Assembly: GCA_963707635.1 (NCBI GenBank)
Contig: OY970173.1
Location: forward strand, 192,001-256,000
DNA length: 64,000 nt
Source of the DNA: Candidatus Latescibacterota bacterium
GTDB taxonomy: Bacteria > Krumholzibacteriota > Krumholzibacteriia > WVZY01 > JAKEHA01
Direction of reading: 5' to 3'
Part shown: positions 42,500 through 52,892 of the stretch, piece after piece
Layout: the number at the start of each line of letters is the position of its first letter
How positions within the stretch are numbered: position 1 is the first letter of the stretch
The notes under the pieces: model-generated
The model's input: the letters and a program-made list of their open reading frames with translations, nothing else
Databases searched by the model: none
What the model was told of the DNA's origin: nothing
Made by a program: the position numbers and the translations under genes

Positions 42500-45400
42500 T
42501 TACTGCGTCGCACGCTGCGGCGCACCGGACTGGAGCTCGCTCGCGCGCTCTTTCGCGGCGACCACGATCTCCGGATCGGTGGCGTTCTTGACGAGGTCGC
42601 GATAAGCGGCCAGCGCCTTCGGGTAGTCCTTGATCTTCTCGTAAAGGGCGGCGCTGTGCGCGATAGCGGAAAGCCGGTACGTGTCGGCTTTCTGGCTGTA
42701 GTTTGCCGCGAGGGCGTAGGCGGCGATCGCCCCCCGTTCGTCACCCAACTTCTCGCGGCAAAGCCCCAGTCGATAACGGATCTCGACCAGCGTCGCGCCC
42801 GGCATCTTGTGCTCGAGCGCGCGGCTGTATTCGCCGGCGGCTTCCTTGAAGCGGCCCGCGTCTTCGTGGATGATGCCGAGCTGCTGCGCCACTTCGCCGC
42901 TGCGCTCGTCGCGCGGGTGCTCCGTGCGGTACGCCGCCAGCATCTCGCTTGCCTGCTCGGGCTCGCCGAGCATGCGGTGGCAGAGCGCCAGGTTGTACTG
43001 CGCCGCCGTCTTCACTTCCGGCGCGGTCGAGTCCGCGAGCACGGCGGTGAAGTCCAGCGCGGCGCGCATGTAGTCACCTTCCGCGAAGCGCGCGGCGCCG
43101 AGCTGCAATTGCACGGAGCCGCGGTACTCGCTCTGCGGGAAGAACGATACAAACTGTTCGCAGGCTGCGCGCGCTTCCGGAGTCTTCCCGGCGCGCGTGT
43201 ACGAATCGGCCATCAGGTAGTGCGCGCGATCGGCCGCTGCGTACGAAGGGAACTGGCTCACCACGCGGCGAAACGCCTCCGCGGCGGCCTCGTAGTCCTT
43301 CGCCTGGTAGCGGCGCAGCGCAATCTCGAACTGTGCCTGCGCGGCAAACGAGCTGCCCGGATACTTCTCGACGAGCTGCGCGAGTGTGGCTTCGCCGTCG
43401 GCGCCCTGGCCGAGCTGGTAGAGCGCCTGCTCGAGGCCTTTCTTCGCGTCGGCGACCACCGCGTGGTCGGGGAAGCGCGCGATCACTTCCGAGTACGATT
43501 CCACGGCCTGCGGGTAGCGCGCCGCGTTGTAATCGCACTGCGCCATGCGCAGAAGCCCCACGGCAGCGCCGCTGCTCTCGCCGAAGTTCGTGAGCAGTCC
43601 TTCGTAGCAGCGACGCGCCTTGTCGTAGTGGCCGGTCAGGAAGTAGACATCGCCTGCGCGCGTCCACGCCCTCTCGGCGATGGCTGACGCGGGATCGATG
43701 CGCGCTGCTTCGTCCCAGCGATCCACCGCATCGCCGGTCTGGCCAAGACGCTGGTAGCACATGCCGGCCTGGTAAAGAGCGAGCGCGCGGTCCGGATGGT
43801 TCGGGAAATCCCGGAGGAACGCTTCGTACGTGCGCGCCGCGCTCTTGTAGTTCTTTTCGTTGAACAGAATGTGACCCTTGTTGAGGTACGCCGTGCTCAT
43901 GTCCTCGACATGACCGGTCGCGCCGTAGCGCGCGAGCATCTTGTCCTGCGTCTGCATGGCGAGGTCGAGTTTGCCTTCCTGCGCGTACGACCATGCGAGC
44001 AGCCGGTGCGCGGGCACACCGACGGCCTGGCCGCCGAACTCGGCGATGAGCTGCTGCAGCACCTCCTGGGCCTCGGTTTGACGACCCTGCGCCGCGAGTG
44101 CATCGGCATCGATCAGGAGCGCATCCGCGCGCCACGGCGACTTGCTCGGCGGCATGCGCTTGAGCATCAGGTGGGGAACACCGGACAACAGTCCGAGATT
44201 ACCCGCGCGGTGGTACGACAGCTCGAGCAGGCACAAGGACGCTTCCACGAGCTCCTGTCGCTCGGGTGTCGCGAATTCGATGGTGCCTTCGCCCTTGTCC
44301 TGCGCGTAGCGGTCGAGCACCAGACGGAAGTAGGGCACCGCGGCCATGGGCTTGTCCTGCGCCAGCATGCCGGTGCCCGCGAGGTATGCCGCGGCCGGCG
44401 CCTCGCGCGAGGTGGGATAACCGGAAACAACGGTTTGATATGCACTCGTCGCTTCGCTGTGGCGACCGAGCGCGTCGAGCGAGCGGCCGACGCGGTACTG
44501 CGCGAGTGAGGCCAGCGAATGCTGGAAGTAGCGCGTGAGCACTTTGTTGAATTCGACAATGGCCGCTTCGTACTGCTTGTCCTGGAATAGCACTTCGCCC
44601 AGCACGGCCTGCGAGCGCGCGGCGACGTTCGTGCCGTCGTACTCGGATGTCACCGCGCGCAGCGCATCGGTGCCGCCCTGGGTGTCGCCGGCAAGATACG
44701 TGGCTGCCGCGCCGCGCACCCTGGCTTCCGCCTGGATCGACGGATCAACCGCCTTGGTGGACACGAGCGCGAACTCTTCCATCGCGCTCTTGTACGAGCC
44801 GCTCTTCATGAACACGTTGGCCTTCGCGAGCATGGCGACGTCGGAGAGGCGCGCGTCATGATAGCGGTCGACCACTTCCTGGTAGCGCGCGGCCGCCTGC
44901 AGCGGTCTCTTCGTCGCTTCGTCGGTGAGCGCACGCAGATAGATACACGCCGCGTCGAGGGGCGAGCCGCTGGGAAGGACGCTCACGTCGGCGTACCGCC
45001 CCTCGAGAAACGCGGCCGTGGAGAGAGCCAGCGCAAAACGCGGGTCGCGCACGATCCACGGGAAACGCGTGCGCGCTTCCTTGAGCGTGCCGTTGGCGAG
45101 ACCCAGGCTGTCGGCCCGGATCGCCCCCCACGCGCGCGCGAGCAATGCGTCTGATACAGCGGTGGAACGGCCGTGGGTGTTGAACCACTGCGCCCATTCC
45201 TTGTCCGCCTGCGCGGCACGGCCGCTGGCCTGCTGCGACTGAATCGCGCCGAGGCTCGCGTCGGCCGCGAGCGGGGTGTCCTTCGATTCCTTCGCGGCGG
45301 ACTTGAACGCCTGCGCGGCGTCGTCGTAGCGGCCGTTGGCAAAGCGGATCTCACCGCAGAGAAAATACGCTGCTGCCTTTTCCTCGCCGCCGAGGTTGCC

Positions 45401-45589
45401 GATGAGCGCGTTCACGCGCGCATCCAGGTCGTTGAGGGTTTCGCTGCGCTCGATGGCGGCAAGCCGGTTCGCCTTCTCGAACGCCATCCCGAGGCCCGCA
45501 AGCTGTGATTTCGTGTCCGTGCTCGCCGCGCTCGCAACACCCGTCGCGAGAGCCACCATCGCCGCTGTAATGAAGCTGGTTCTGTGCAT
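42500..45589 (-). CDS. large periplasmic TPR-repeat protein (CpoB/BamD-like repeats)
   Basis: Signal peptide followed by about 1000 aa of TPR repeats. Confidence 0.88.
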   Translation of the reverse strand: MHRTSFITAAMVALATGVASAASTDTKSQLAGLGMAFEKANRLAAIERSETLNDLDARVNALIGNLGGEEKAAAYFLCGEIRFANGRYDDAAQAFKSAAKESKDTPLAADASLGAIQSQQASGRAAQADKEWAQWFNTHGRSTAVSDALLARAWGAIRADSLGLANGTLKEARTRFPWIVRDPRFALALSTAAFLEGRYADVSVLPSGSPLDAACIYLRALTDEATKRPLQAAARYQEVVDRYHDARLSDVAMLAKANVFMKSGSYKSAMEEFALVSTKAVDPSIQAEARVRGAAATYLAGDTQGGTDALRAVTSEYDGTNVAARSQAVLGEVLFQDKQYEAAIVEFNKVLTRYFQHSLASLAQYRVGRSLDALGRHSEATSAYQTVVSGYPTSREAPAAAYLAGTGMLAQDKPMAAVPYFRLVLDRYAQDKGEGTIEFATPERQELVEASLCLLELSYHRAGNLGLLSGVPHLMLKRMPPSKSPWRADALLIDADALAAQGRQTEAQEVLQQLIAEFGGQAVGVPAHRLLAWSYAQEGKLDLAMQTQDKMLARYGATGHVEDMSTAYLNKGHILFNEKNYKSAARTYEAFLRDFPNHPDRALALYQAGMCYQRLGQTGDAVDRWDEAARIDPASAIAERAWTRAGDVYFLTGHYDKARRCYEGLLTNFGESSGAAVGLLRMAQCDYNAARYPQAVESYSEVIARFPDHAVVADAKKGLEQALYQLGQGADGEATLAQLVEKYPGSSFAAQAQFEIALRRYQAKDYEAAAEAFRRVVSQFPSYAAADRAHYLMADSYTRAGKTPEARAACEQFVSFFPQSEYRGSVQLQLGAARFAEGDYMRAALDFTAVLADSTAPEVKTAAQYNLALCHRMLGEPEQASEMLAAYRTEHPRDERSGEVAQQLGIIHEDAGRFKEAAGEYSRALEHKMPGATLVEIRYRLGLCREKLGDERGAIAAYALAANYSQKADTYRLSAIAHSAALYEKIKDYPKALAAYRDLVKNATDPEIVVAAKERASELQSGAPQRATQ

Positions 45590-45596
45590 AGGGATG

Positions 45597-46868
45597 CTAC
45601 TCCACGATAACCGGCACGCCGCCCTGCGGACCCGACGTGGTGATTTCGACCTTGTGCTCCTCGGCGCGGAGCGTACGGCCCTCTTCGTCGGTGACCACGA
45701 GGCGGTAGATGTAGAAGCCGTCCGGCAAGGTCATGCCGTTTTCGTCCTTGCCGTCCCACATCACGTGTGCGGGCGGAACCCCGGCGCCGCCGAACGTGCG
45801 CACGATCTGGTTGTGCTTGTCGACGATGTCGAGCTGCCACTGCTTGGTCTCCGCCTTGGTGCGCGCCTTGATGTTGAACTTGGTGACGGAGTTCTCGCCG
45901 ATCGGCGAGAAGACTTCTGGCGTCGCGTACGAGTTCGCGAAGAAGCCGCCGAACTTGTACGACACGGCAAGATAGTGCACGAGTCCGAGCTCGTGGTCGT
46001 TCATGCCGTAGTCGAACTGCATCGTCTGGTTGAGCCGATAGCTGAAGCCTCCCGCCGGTTCGTCGAAGGCGTATCCGGCGCGCAGGCCGAATGTGTCCTG
46101 GAACCACACTTCGGTGCCGGCGTGAAACGTCGTGCCTGGCCCTTCACGATGGTCCGCTTCGAGCGAAAGAAGTCCGCGCCCGTTGAGGAACGCGAAGGCG
46201 ACCCCGCCGCGCACTTCGAGCGGGTAGGTCTCCTTGACGTCGCGCGGCTGGAGCGACGGTCCGCCCAGATTCAGGAGCGAAACGCCGACGCGGAGCCGCG
46301 GCGTCACACTGTAGAGACCGCCGACGTCGGCTCCCACACCGGTCGAGGTGAAATCTTCGACCTGCTGGCGCACGATCTTGAGGTTGGTGCCGAGCGAAAG
46401 GCGCGGCGTCACGCTCTTCGCGGCGCTGATGAGGAAGGCCATATCGCTCTGCTTGAACGTGCCCAGCGATTCGTTGATATCGCTGGTGCGCTCGAAGTCA
46501 CCCGAGCTCAGCGACAGCATCGTGAATCCGAGCGACGGCAGTCGTCCGGACGGCATCACGAAGCTCAAACCGTTGATCGACGTGTCTTCGAAGTAACGCG
46601 CGGTTTCGAAGTGCGCTTCGTTTTGAAGCGACTGGGTGAGACCGGCCGGGTTCCACACCACGCCGAGCGCATCATCGGCGGTGGCGACGAAAGCGCCGCC
46701 CAGGCCGATCGAGCGCGCCGAAGCGTAGCGGGAGAGCCAGTCGCCGGGCACCCCGGCGGCGGCTTCCTCGGCGCGCGCATTGCTGCTCACGAGCGTGAGC
46801 GAGGCACACGCAGCGCCGCCCGCGACGATGAATCTAAGCATTGAACGAATCCGTTTGATGCAATGCAT
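45597..46868 (-). CDS. PorV/PorQ-like outer-membrane barrel fused to a C-terminal FlgD Ig domain
   Basis: SARSIGLGGAFVATADDA..V.WNPAGL, D.GG.Y, LRAGY; C-terminal FSP...WDGKD..G..LPDG.YIY. Confidence 0.8.
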   Translation of the reverse strand: MHCIKRIRSMLRFIVAGGAACASLTLVSSNARAEEAAAGVPGDWLSRYASARSIGLGGAFVATADDALGVVWNPAGLTQSLQNEAHFETARYFEDTSINGLSFVMPSGRLPSLGFTMLSLSSGDFERTSDINESLGTFKQSDMAFLISAAKSVTPRLSLGTNLKIVRQQVEDFTSTGVGADVGGLYSVTPRLRVGVSLLNLGGPSLQPRDVKETYPLEVRGGVAFAFLNGRGLLSLEADHREGPGTTFHAGTEVWFQDTFGLRAGYAFDEPAGGFSYRLNQTMQFDYGMNDHELGLVHYLAVSYKFGGFFANSYATPEVFSPIGENSVTKFNIKARTKAETKQWQLDIVDKHNQIVRTFGGAGVPPAHVMWDGKDENGMTLPDGFYIYRLVVTDEEGRTLRAEEHKVEITTSGPQGGVPVIVE

Positions 46869-46883
46869 GTGACTGCTCCTCGC

Positions 46884-49800
46884 TTAACGCACGGCCGCGA
46901 TCTTGCGCGTCATGGTGTGAAGCGTTTCGCCCTGGCCCGCCGCTTCGATGCGAAGCACGTAACCGCCGCTCGAGACGAAATCGCCCTTTCCGTTCCTGCC
47001 GTCCCACGTGACCTGGTTGAGACCCGCGCTGCCGCCGGGCGAGCCGGGCGTGTAGGTCTTCTCGTACACGAGCCCGCCCGTGAGCGTGAAGATCCTCATC
47101 GTCACGGTGGCGTTGTCGTCGAGCTGGTAGGCGATCGTGGTCGGCGCCTCGCCCGGATGGAACGGGTTCGGGTAGTTGGTGACGAAGCCACCGGCGGCGT
47201 TCGGATCGACGAAGGCCGTCTCGATGTCGAGGTCGCCGTTGAGCGATCCCGACACGGCGCGGACGCGGCTGCGTTCCGGCGTGCGCGGACTGCGGAAGTA
47301 GCAGCGCGCGACACCGTCCTCCGTCGTGACGGAATCGATCGCCGTCAGCGAGCCGGAGCCCTGCGTCAGTGAGAACTTGACGGGCCGGTCTGGCACGCCG
47401 TTCTCGTATCCATCGATCACGCGCGCGGTGATTAGGGCGCGCTTGTTGCCGCCCACCCACCTCGGGTCACTGGAGAGCTTGATCTCCGTGGGCGCGCCCG
47501 GTGCCACCGTGATCACTTCGGACGTAGCCGGCGCGTTGCCGGCGTCGTCGCGGACAACCAGCACAATTGGCTCGGCGAAGGTGTACGTCTCCGGCATCGT
47601 GCGCTGCCCCTGCAGGAGCTGAAACTGTGTGGAGTACAACGTGCCGCGGCCGGGTGCGCGCGTGGTCGCGTGTTGCACGTCGACGGTGACGGCCGAGTTG
47701 ATCTCCTGGATGACACTGCCCGCGTCGTTGGTTATTTTCACGGTGAGCGTGAACTGTTCTCCGGCCTGCACGCTGAGCGGCGCTACAACGGCTTCCAGGT
47801 GGAAACCGCTCGAGATCGTGCGCACCTGCGTCGTGCTGGTCGGCATGCTCGGCCGCGTCACGTTGGACGCGGTGATCTGCTGAAAACCGCCGGTCGAAAG
47901 GCGCACGCTCATCTGCGCGACGCCGTCGACCATCGCCTGGTTGGGCGGGAGCTGCGCGAGCGGGTCATTCGACGTCAGATGAATGAGGTCGGTGGCACCG
48001 CCCACCGGGTTGTACCACTGGTCGGTCGCCTGCACGGTGACCACGAAGGAGTAATTGATCGACTGGTCGGTCGCGGTGCCCGTACGTCCTTCCGGCGTTC
48101 CCGGCGCGATCGACTCGCCCGGGCAGAGCACCACGATGCGCGAGTACGGACCGCCGATGATGCGAATCTGCGTCGACGTGTGGCCGTTCACGTTGCCGTC
48201 CGTCACATCGGTCGCGGTGACGCGTTGCATGCCCGATCGGTACATGCGGGTCGGCACGACGAGCTCGCCGTTGACGAGTGTGATCTGCGCCGGCATCTGC
48301 GCGAACGCGTCTGTCGACGACAGCGCGATGGTATGCGTATTGCCGGTGACGCGGTTGAAGTACTGGTCGCACGCGCGCACGGTCATGTTGAACTGTGCAC
48401 CCGCCTGCTGGTCGGTCGGCGTGCCCGTGAATCCGCTCGCGGTTCCGCCCGCCGCCGTCATGCCGGGATAGAGAATCAGCAGTTTCGCAACCGGACCCGG
48501 ATTGACGACGAAGTTGTTGCTCATGCCGGTGTGCGGAGGCGCGGAGAAATCCGCCACGGTGAACGACACCGCACCGCCCGCCCCCTTGAACATCATCGAG
48601 CCCTGCCACACGCCGTTGGTGAACACGATGGACTCAGGCGTGATGCTGCCCGGGCCGGTGTTGGCGATGATCAGCGCGTTGCCGTTGAATCCCGACACGG
48701 TGTTTCCGCTCTGATCGGTGGCGCGAATGCGCACGCTGACCGGTACTCCCGCCGTCTGCGGCGAGCTGATTGGATCGACGATGAAACGCTGCGCGGCATT
48801 CGCCATCACCGGAATGCCCTGCGTCGTAAAGGGCGTGATCGAACTGCGATCCCGGTCGGTCGCCGTCAGCGTCTGCGTTCCCACCGTGACGAGCGTGTAG
48901 TTGAAGCGCTCGTATCCGTTATCGAGATCGACGATGATCGTCGACGCACCCGGGTCACTCGAGGTGATGCGGGCATCGTCCTCGCTGGGCACCGGATTGA
49001 AGTAGTTATCCGTCGCGTACACGTCGACCGAGAACGGCTGGCCCGAGCTCTGTGCGGCGGGATTTCCAACATAACCGAGAAGACTGCCCGGCAATGGATC
49101 CTGGCCCGGCACGATGAGGAGAAGTTTCCGGAACGATCCGGGGTTGACGTAGAAGGGATCGCTGGTACCGTTGATCGACCCGTCGGTGTCGAGGTAGGCA
49201 TAAATGTTCACGTTGCCGCGACTTCGGTTGGTCACGTCGGCGCGATAGACCGTAACGTCGCCCGACCACACGCCACCCGACATCGTGATGACTTCCGGAT
49301 ACGCCCGGCCGACACCGTAACTCGTGAGTTCCTGCAAACTCACCTGTCCGTTGTAATTGACCAGCATGCCCCGCGGGTCCACCGCGCGGATGGTGACGTC
49401 GATCGGCTGGCCGGCATACTGCTCGCGGTGCCTGATGCTCGAGAAGGTGAAGCCCTGGAGCAGCATCGACGTGACGGGTGCCGAGATCGCGTTCGCAATG
49501 GTCGGGTCGGAATTGTCATCCGCGGTAAACGTGAAGGATCCCGCGGCATTGAGCGTCGCCTGAACCGTGGAGGTTCCGCCCGAGAGCGAAAACGACGGCG
49601 GCAGCGACGCGCTCCCGTCGGTGGAAGCGAGCGTCACGGAGTTCGTCACCGCGGTCACCAGGTTCCACGAGTTGTCGCATGCGCGAACAACCATGTTGAA
49701 CGGGACGCCGACGGTCTGCGTACGCGGAGCTCCGGTCTTTCCGGTGCCCGTTCCCGGCGCGGGCGCTTCACCCGGCAACAGGATCTGGAGTTTCGTGTAG

Positions 49801-49895
49801 GACTGCGCGACGGCGATGCGCGGAGTAACCGCACCGATCGCGGCGCAGGCCATAAGGCACACGAAATACCCGAGCGTCTTGAGGGCGTGTCGCAC
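46884..49895 (-). CDS. large secreted Ig-like repeat surface protein with FlgD/T9SS-type C-terminal domain
   Basis: GAGGTGA RBS, GTG start, signal peptide; repeated LL.PG...G.P..Q.AG..F...VRA.D..N units; NYPNPF...WDGRNG.G..VSSG.Y. Confidence 0.85.
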   Translation of the reverse strand: MRHALKTLGYFVCLMACAAIGAVTPRIAVAQSYTKLQILLPGEAPAPGTGTGKTGAPRTQTVGVPFNMVVRACDNSWNLVTAVTNSVTLASTDGSASLPPSFSLSGGTSTVQATLNAAGSFTFTADDNSDPTIANAISAPVTSMLLQGFTFSSIRHREQYAGQPIDVTIRAVDPRGMLVNYNGQVSLQELTSYGVGRAYPEVITMSGGVWSGDVTVYRADVTNRSRGNVNIYAYLDTDGSINGTSDPFYVNPGSFRKLLLIVPGQDPLPGSLLGYVGNPAAQSSGQPFSVDVYATDNYFNPVPSEDDARITSSDPGASTIIVDLDNGYERFNYTLVTVGTQTLTATDRDRSSITPFTTQGIPVMANAAQRFIVDPISSPQTAGVPVSVRIRATDQSGNTVSGFNGNALIIANTGPGSITPESIVFTNGVWQGSMMFKGAGGAVSFTVADFSAPPHTGMSNNFVVNPGPVAKLLILYPGMTAAGGTASGFTGTPTDQQAGAQFNMTVRACDQYFNRVTGNTHTIALSSTDAFAQMPAQITLVNGELVVPTRMYRSGMQRVTATDVTDGNVNGHTSTQIRIIGGPYSRIVVLCPGESIAPGTPEGRTGTATDQSINYSFVVTVQATDQWYNPVGGATDLIHLTSNDPLAQLPPNQAMVDGVAQMSVRLSTGGFQQITASNVTRPSMPTSTTQVRTISSGFHLEAVVAPLSVQAGEQFTLTVKITNDAGSVIQEINSAVTVDVQHATTRAPGRGTLYSTQFQLLQGQRTMPETYTFAEPIVLVVRDDAGNAPATSEVITVAPGAPTEIKLSSDPRWVGGNKRALITARVIDGYENGVPDRPVKFSLTQGSGSLTAIDSVTTEDGVARCYFRSPRTPERSRVRAVSGSLNGDLDIETAFVDPNAAGGFVTNYPNPFHPGEAPTTIAYQLDDNATVTMRIFTLTGGLVYEKTYTPGSPGGSAGLNQVTWDGRNGKGDFVSSGGYVLRIEAAGQGETLHTMTRKIAAVR

Positions 49896-50003
49896 GGTAT
49901 CACCTCGCGAGCGATCAATCGGGAAGCGCGCGAATGCGCGTGACACGATCGGTCTGCTTCGTCTATCGACGGTTGTAACGGGACTTGTGTCGCTGCGAAT
50001 GCG

Positions 50004-50020
50004 AGCGAGATATGTGCCGG
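50004..50020 (-). promoter_or_regulatory. putative sigma54 promoter of the surface protein/Exb operon
   Basis: CCGGCACATATCTCGCT, GG-N10-GC. Confidence 0.4.
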
Positions 50021-50408
50021 AAGCCGCCGTGTGCGGCGCGTGCGTGCGCGTGCGGGATACGTTGATCTCAGCGTACCCGCGCCGTTCTCATGATCGTGGC
50101 TTCGCGCGGCCGTTAGGCGAGGTGTCCGAAGGTCGCGCAATGCGATTTACCACGGAATCGAGATTCATGAATTGCACGACGGGCAATACCAAGAGCTGCG
50201 GGCCGCATTTCCGCTGCGGAAATGAACGGGAATCCACAAAGTACGTACTTCTATCGCCTCGAAGGGTCAGGTGCAGCGGCGAGAATGGTTCTTACTGTAG
50301 GTGGCAGCGGGTCACCACTTGCGTTTCGGATGGCGACTCGATACGATGGACGGTCGTGTGCGTCAAACCCAGCTCTAGGAGTGTTCCCTTGGCTTAAGGA
50401 GGACTCTA

Positions 50409-51184
50409 GTGCACAGTTTTTCGAAAGCAGTTCTCATGCTCTCGCTTTGCCTGGTCTCTGCACCCGCGCTAGCCGCTGATCCGGCGTACTTCCGAATTCC
50501 TGATGAAAACCCCTATGGTGGAGGTCCGGGTTTCGGTGGCTATCACCCCTCCCATGAACAGTATTTTGGTCATCTGTGGGGGGTATTCTCTATGAGGACC
50601 TTCGTCAGCTCACCAAAGTGCTCCAGGTGGCGTCCGGAGGCGCGGGCGGCTCACAGATGTACTGCATCACACAGCTCTATGACAACTTGCCGCTAGGGGA
50701 GCGAGGTCCGACAACGTTCTTCGATATCAGTCGGTGGGAGAGTTTCCACGCCGGTCAACCATGGCCTCTAGATTCCTTCTTTGACATCTACTATGAGGTG
50801 AGGCCGGCCGGATTCGGCTCCCCGTTGACGTCGCTCTTCCCTGTCAATCCCAGTCTACCGGCGACGGACCCCGCGCGTTTCTTTGACATCACGTACGTTG
50901 ATTCTTTTTTTGACATCACGTACCGGTGCGTGAGTCTTTATGGAACGTATGAAATGCATCTTCATGGAGAACTGCAGCCCGCGCTCCGCCTCCAGAGTCT
51001 GGGCGTTCATCACCAGTCCAGCGGCGAGAGCTTCTTTGATGTCTTTTTCGACGTGGACCGTGTCGGCACTTTCGATCCGTCGAAACCGCTGCTGAAGACC
51101 ACGACGACCGGTGAAAACATTGGCGATGTCATCGCGGTTGAATCCGTCACCTGGGGCGCGGTAAAGGCGCTTTATCGTCAATAG
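50409..51184 (+). pseudogene. DSFFD-repeat protein paralog, frameshifted in a G6 run at 50578-50583
   Basis: AAGGAGG RBS and signal peptide in ORF 50409; FFD repeats and TWGAVKALYR in ORF 50576; G7 restores GHLWGGILYEDL, aligning with GHMTGGSFHLDL of the paralog. Confidence 0.75.
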
Positions 51185-51202
51185 TCGCGGTCGCGCGACA
51201 CG

Positions 51203-51330
51203 GCTTCTTGTTCCACTGGAGGCGGCGATCGTCGATCGCGACGGAGGGCCGGGCGCCAGAGGGCGGTGGATACGGCTTCAGCGTACCGATCAACCCCGCG
51301 GACGAACGCCGCTCCAGTGGAGCATGAAGC
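51203..51330. repeat. long imperfect inverted repeat / hairpin
   Basis: GCTTCTTGTTCCACTGGAGGCGGCG ... CGCCGCTCCAGTGGAGCATGAAGC. Confidence 0.7.
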
Positions 51331-51376
51331 GACTGGAACGCATGGGCACCGAAGGCAGAGGGAGATAGAAAAAGAG

Positions 51377-51388
51377 TGGCTCCCCAGA
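51377..51388 (-). repeat. tRNA-Asn 3'-end fragment (att-like)
   Basis: TGGCTCCCC(AGA); AACGCATG lies 40 nt upstream, as it does at the tRNA. Confidence 0.5.
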
Positions 51389-51548
51389 GTGGTGGGAGTG
51401 AGACACGCCTTGCGATGCGTCGGAGTCTAGTCCCGCCTGTCCGTCGAGCGCTATCGATACCGCCCCTTGTCAACGCCCTGGCCGCTACCCGGCGGGTGGT
51501 ATACTTGGTGCGTCTCAGTTTCTTCACGGCCGGTTAGGAAGCTCGGAG

Positions 51549-52751
51549 ATGAGCAGATACCTCAGGCTCCCTCTCGCATTTGTTCTGCTTACGTCGGTCG
51601 CGTCCCACCGTGCCGACGCCGACATCGCACCCAACCCCCTGACGGGCGGCTGGCCAGTCATCCGTTATGAAGAAGGAACCACCGACGTGCGGATGGTCGC
51701 CGAGGACGTTGTTGTGCGCATCTACGCGGACAGCATCGTGACCGTCGGCTCTTTCTCGATGTTCAATGAAGGGAAGACCGTCGACATGGTGGTAGGATTC
51801 CCGTTCCCTTACTCGAACGATCTCATCCGCTTTCGAGCCTTCGTCGACGGCCGACCCGTCGAGATCCGTGGCGCGCAGAAGGAGGTTTCAGCGGGCGCGA
51901 AGAGATCGACAGCCTACTGGAAAGTCTGGGATATGGCTTTTCGCGAGGGCGTAGCGTGCGAGATTCGAGTCGAATACAAGACGAAGCCCTCACAATCGGA
52001 AGGCTGGTTTTCTGCGCGTGAAGGGTTTTCTTCACTGCCTGCCGACGTGCTCGAAGCGTATCGACAGGCCACGGCCAGAGGAGACGTGGAGTACACACTC
52101 GAAACGGGACAACAATGGAAGGGCATCCTTGATCGTGCCAGAGTCTCATTCGAGTTCGTCGGAATGTCCGGCGATCGTGTCTTGAGATACCAGCCGGACA
52201 GTGGGGTCGCCACAGGGAATGGCGTCGTCTGGGAATACACTGACTACGAACCTTCGGGATGGGTCGCCCTCGAGTACACTCCATACCTACCGGTACAGCA
52301 GATACCGGCTGTCCTTCTTGGCATCGTGAAACGCTTCCCTGACGACCCACAGCTTGCCAGCAATGTGGGCCGTTTTTGTGCTTCCGGCCTGGATAGGAAC
52401 GACCTGCAATGCGAGATCTACCACTCGTTTCTTGCGGCCTGGGACAAGCGGATCCCTCAACTGATGGAATACGCACCGGGTGGCCGATGCAGGGTCAATT
52501 ATCAGGCCGAGGGAGGGTTTTTTGCGGTCTGGCACATGGCTCGCGACCTTTTCCGACAATACGAGAGGAATGGTGGCATTGAGAAAGGCAAAGACATCGC
52601 GTCGACGGTGTTGCTGATATCCGGAGCAATCGTGGACTCGCTCTACACCTGCGGTGGTCTGCCGGGGAAAGACGAATGGCTGTCTCGCGAAGCCATCGCA
52701 ATTCGCGATCTCTGCAATGAGTTGATCAAAAAGAACGGGGGAGGCCGTTAA
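51549..52751 (+). CDS. secreted DUF4424-like protein
   Basis: Signal peptide; VRMVAEDV, VGFP, FRAFVDG, YTLETG..WKG. Confidence 0.7.
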   Translation: MSRYLRLPLAFVLLTSVASHRADADIAPNPLTGGWPVIRYEEGTTDVRMVAEDVVVRIYADSIVTVGSFSMFNEGKTVDMVVGFPFPYSNDLIRFRAFVDGRPVEIRGAQKEVSAGAKRSTAYWKVWDMAFREGVACEIRVEYKTKPSQSEGWFSAREGFSSLPADVLEAYRQATARGDVEYTLETGQQWKGILDRARVSFEFVGMSGDRVLRYQPDSGVATGNGVVWEYTDYEPSGWVALEYTPYLPVQQIPAVLLGIVKRFPDDPQLASNVGRFCASGLDRNDLQCEIYHSFLAAWDKRIPQLMEYAPGGRCRVNYQAEGGFFAVWHMARDLFRQYERNGGIEKGKDIASTVLLISGAIVDSLYTCGGLPGKDEWLSREAIAIRDLCNELIKKNGGGR

Positions 52752-52821
52752 GTCACGTCGCTCGAGTATGTCGGAAAGAAGATGCGGGTGGACAACCCAG
52801 ATAGGACGACGTGAGGAAAAT

Positions 52822-52851
52822 TGGCTCCCCAGACGTAACGCTACTCGAACC
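52822..52851 (-). repeat. degenerate tRNA-Asn 3'-end copy (att-like)
   Basis: TGGCTCCCC-N12-ACTCGAACC versus tRNA TGGCTCCCC-N7-ACTCGAACC. Confidence 0.6.
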
Positions 52852-52892
52852 GCGAAGGAGTTTGTTGAGCTTGTCAGGGTGTTGTGGCCGCA

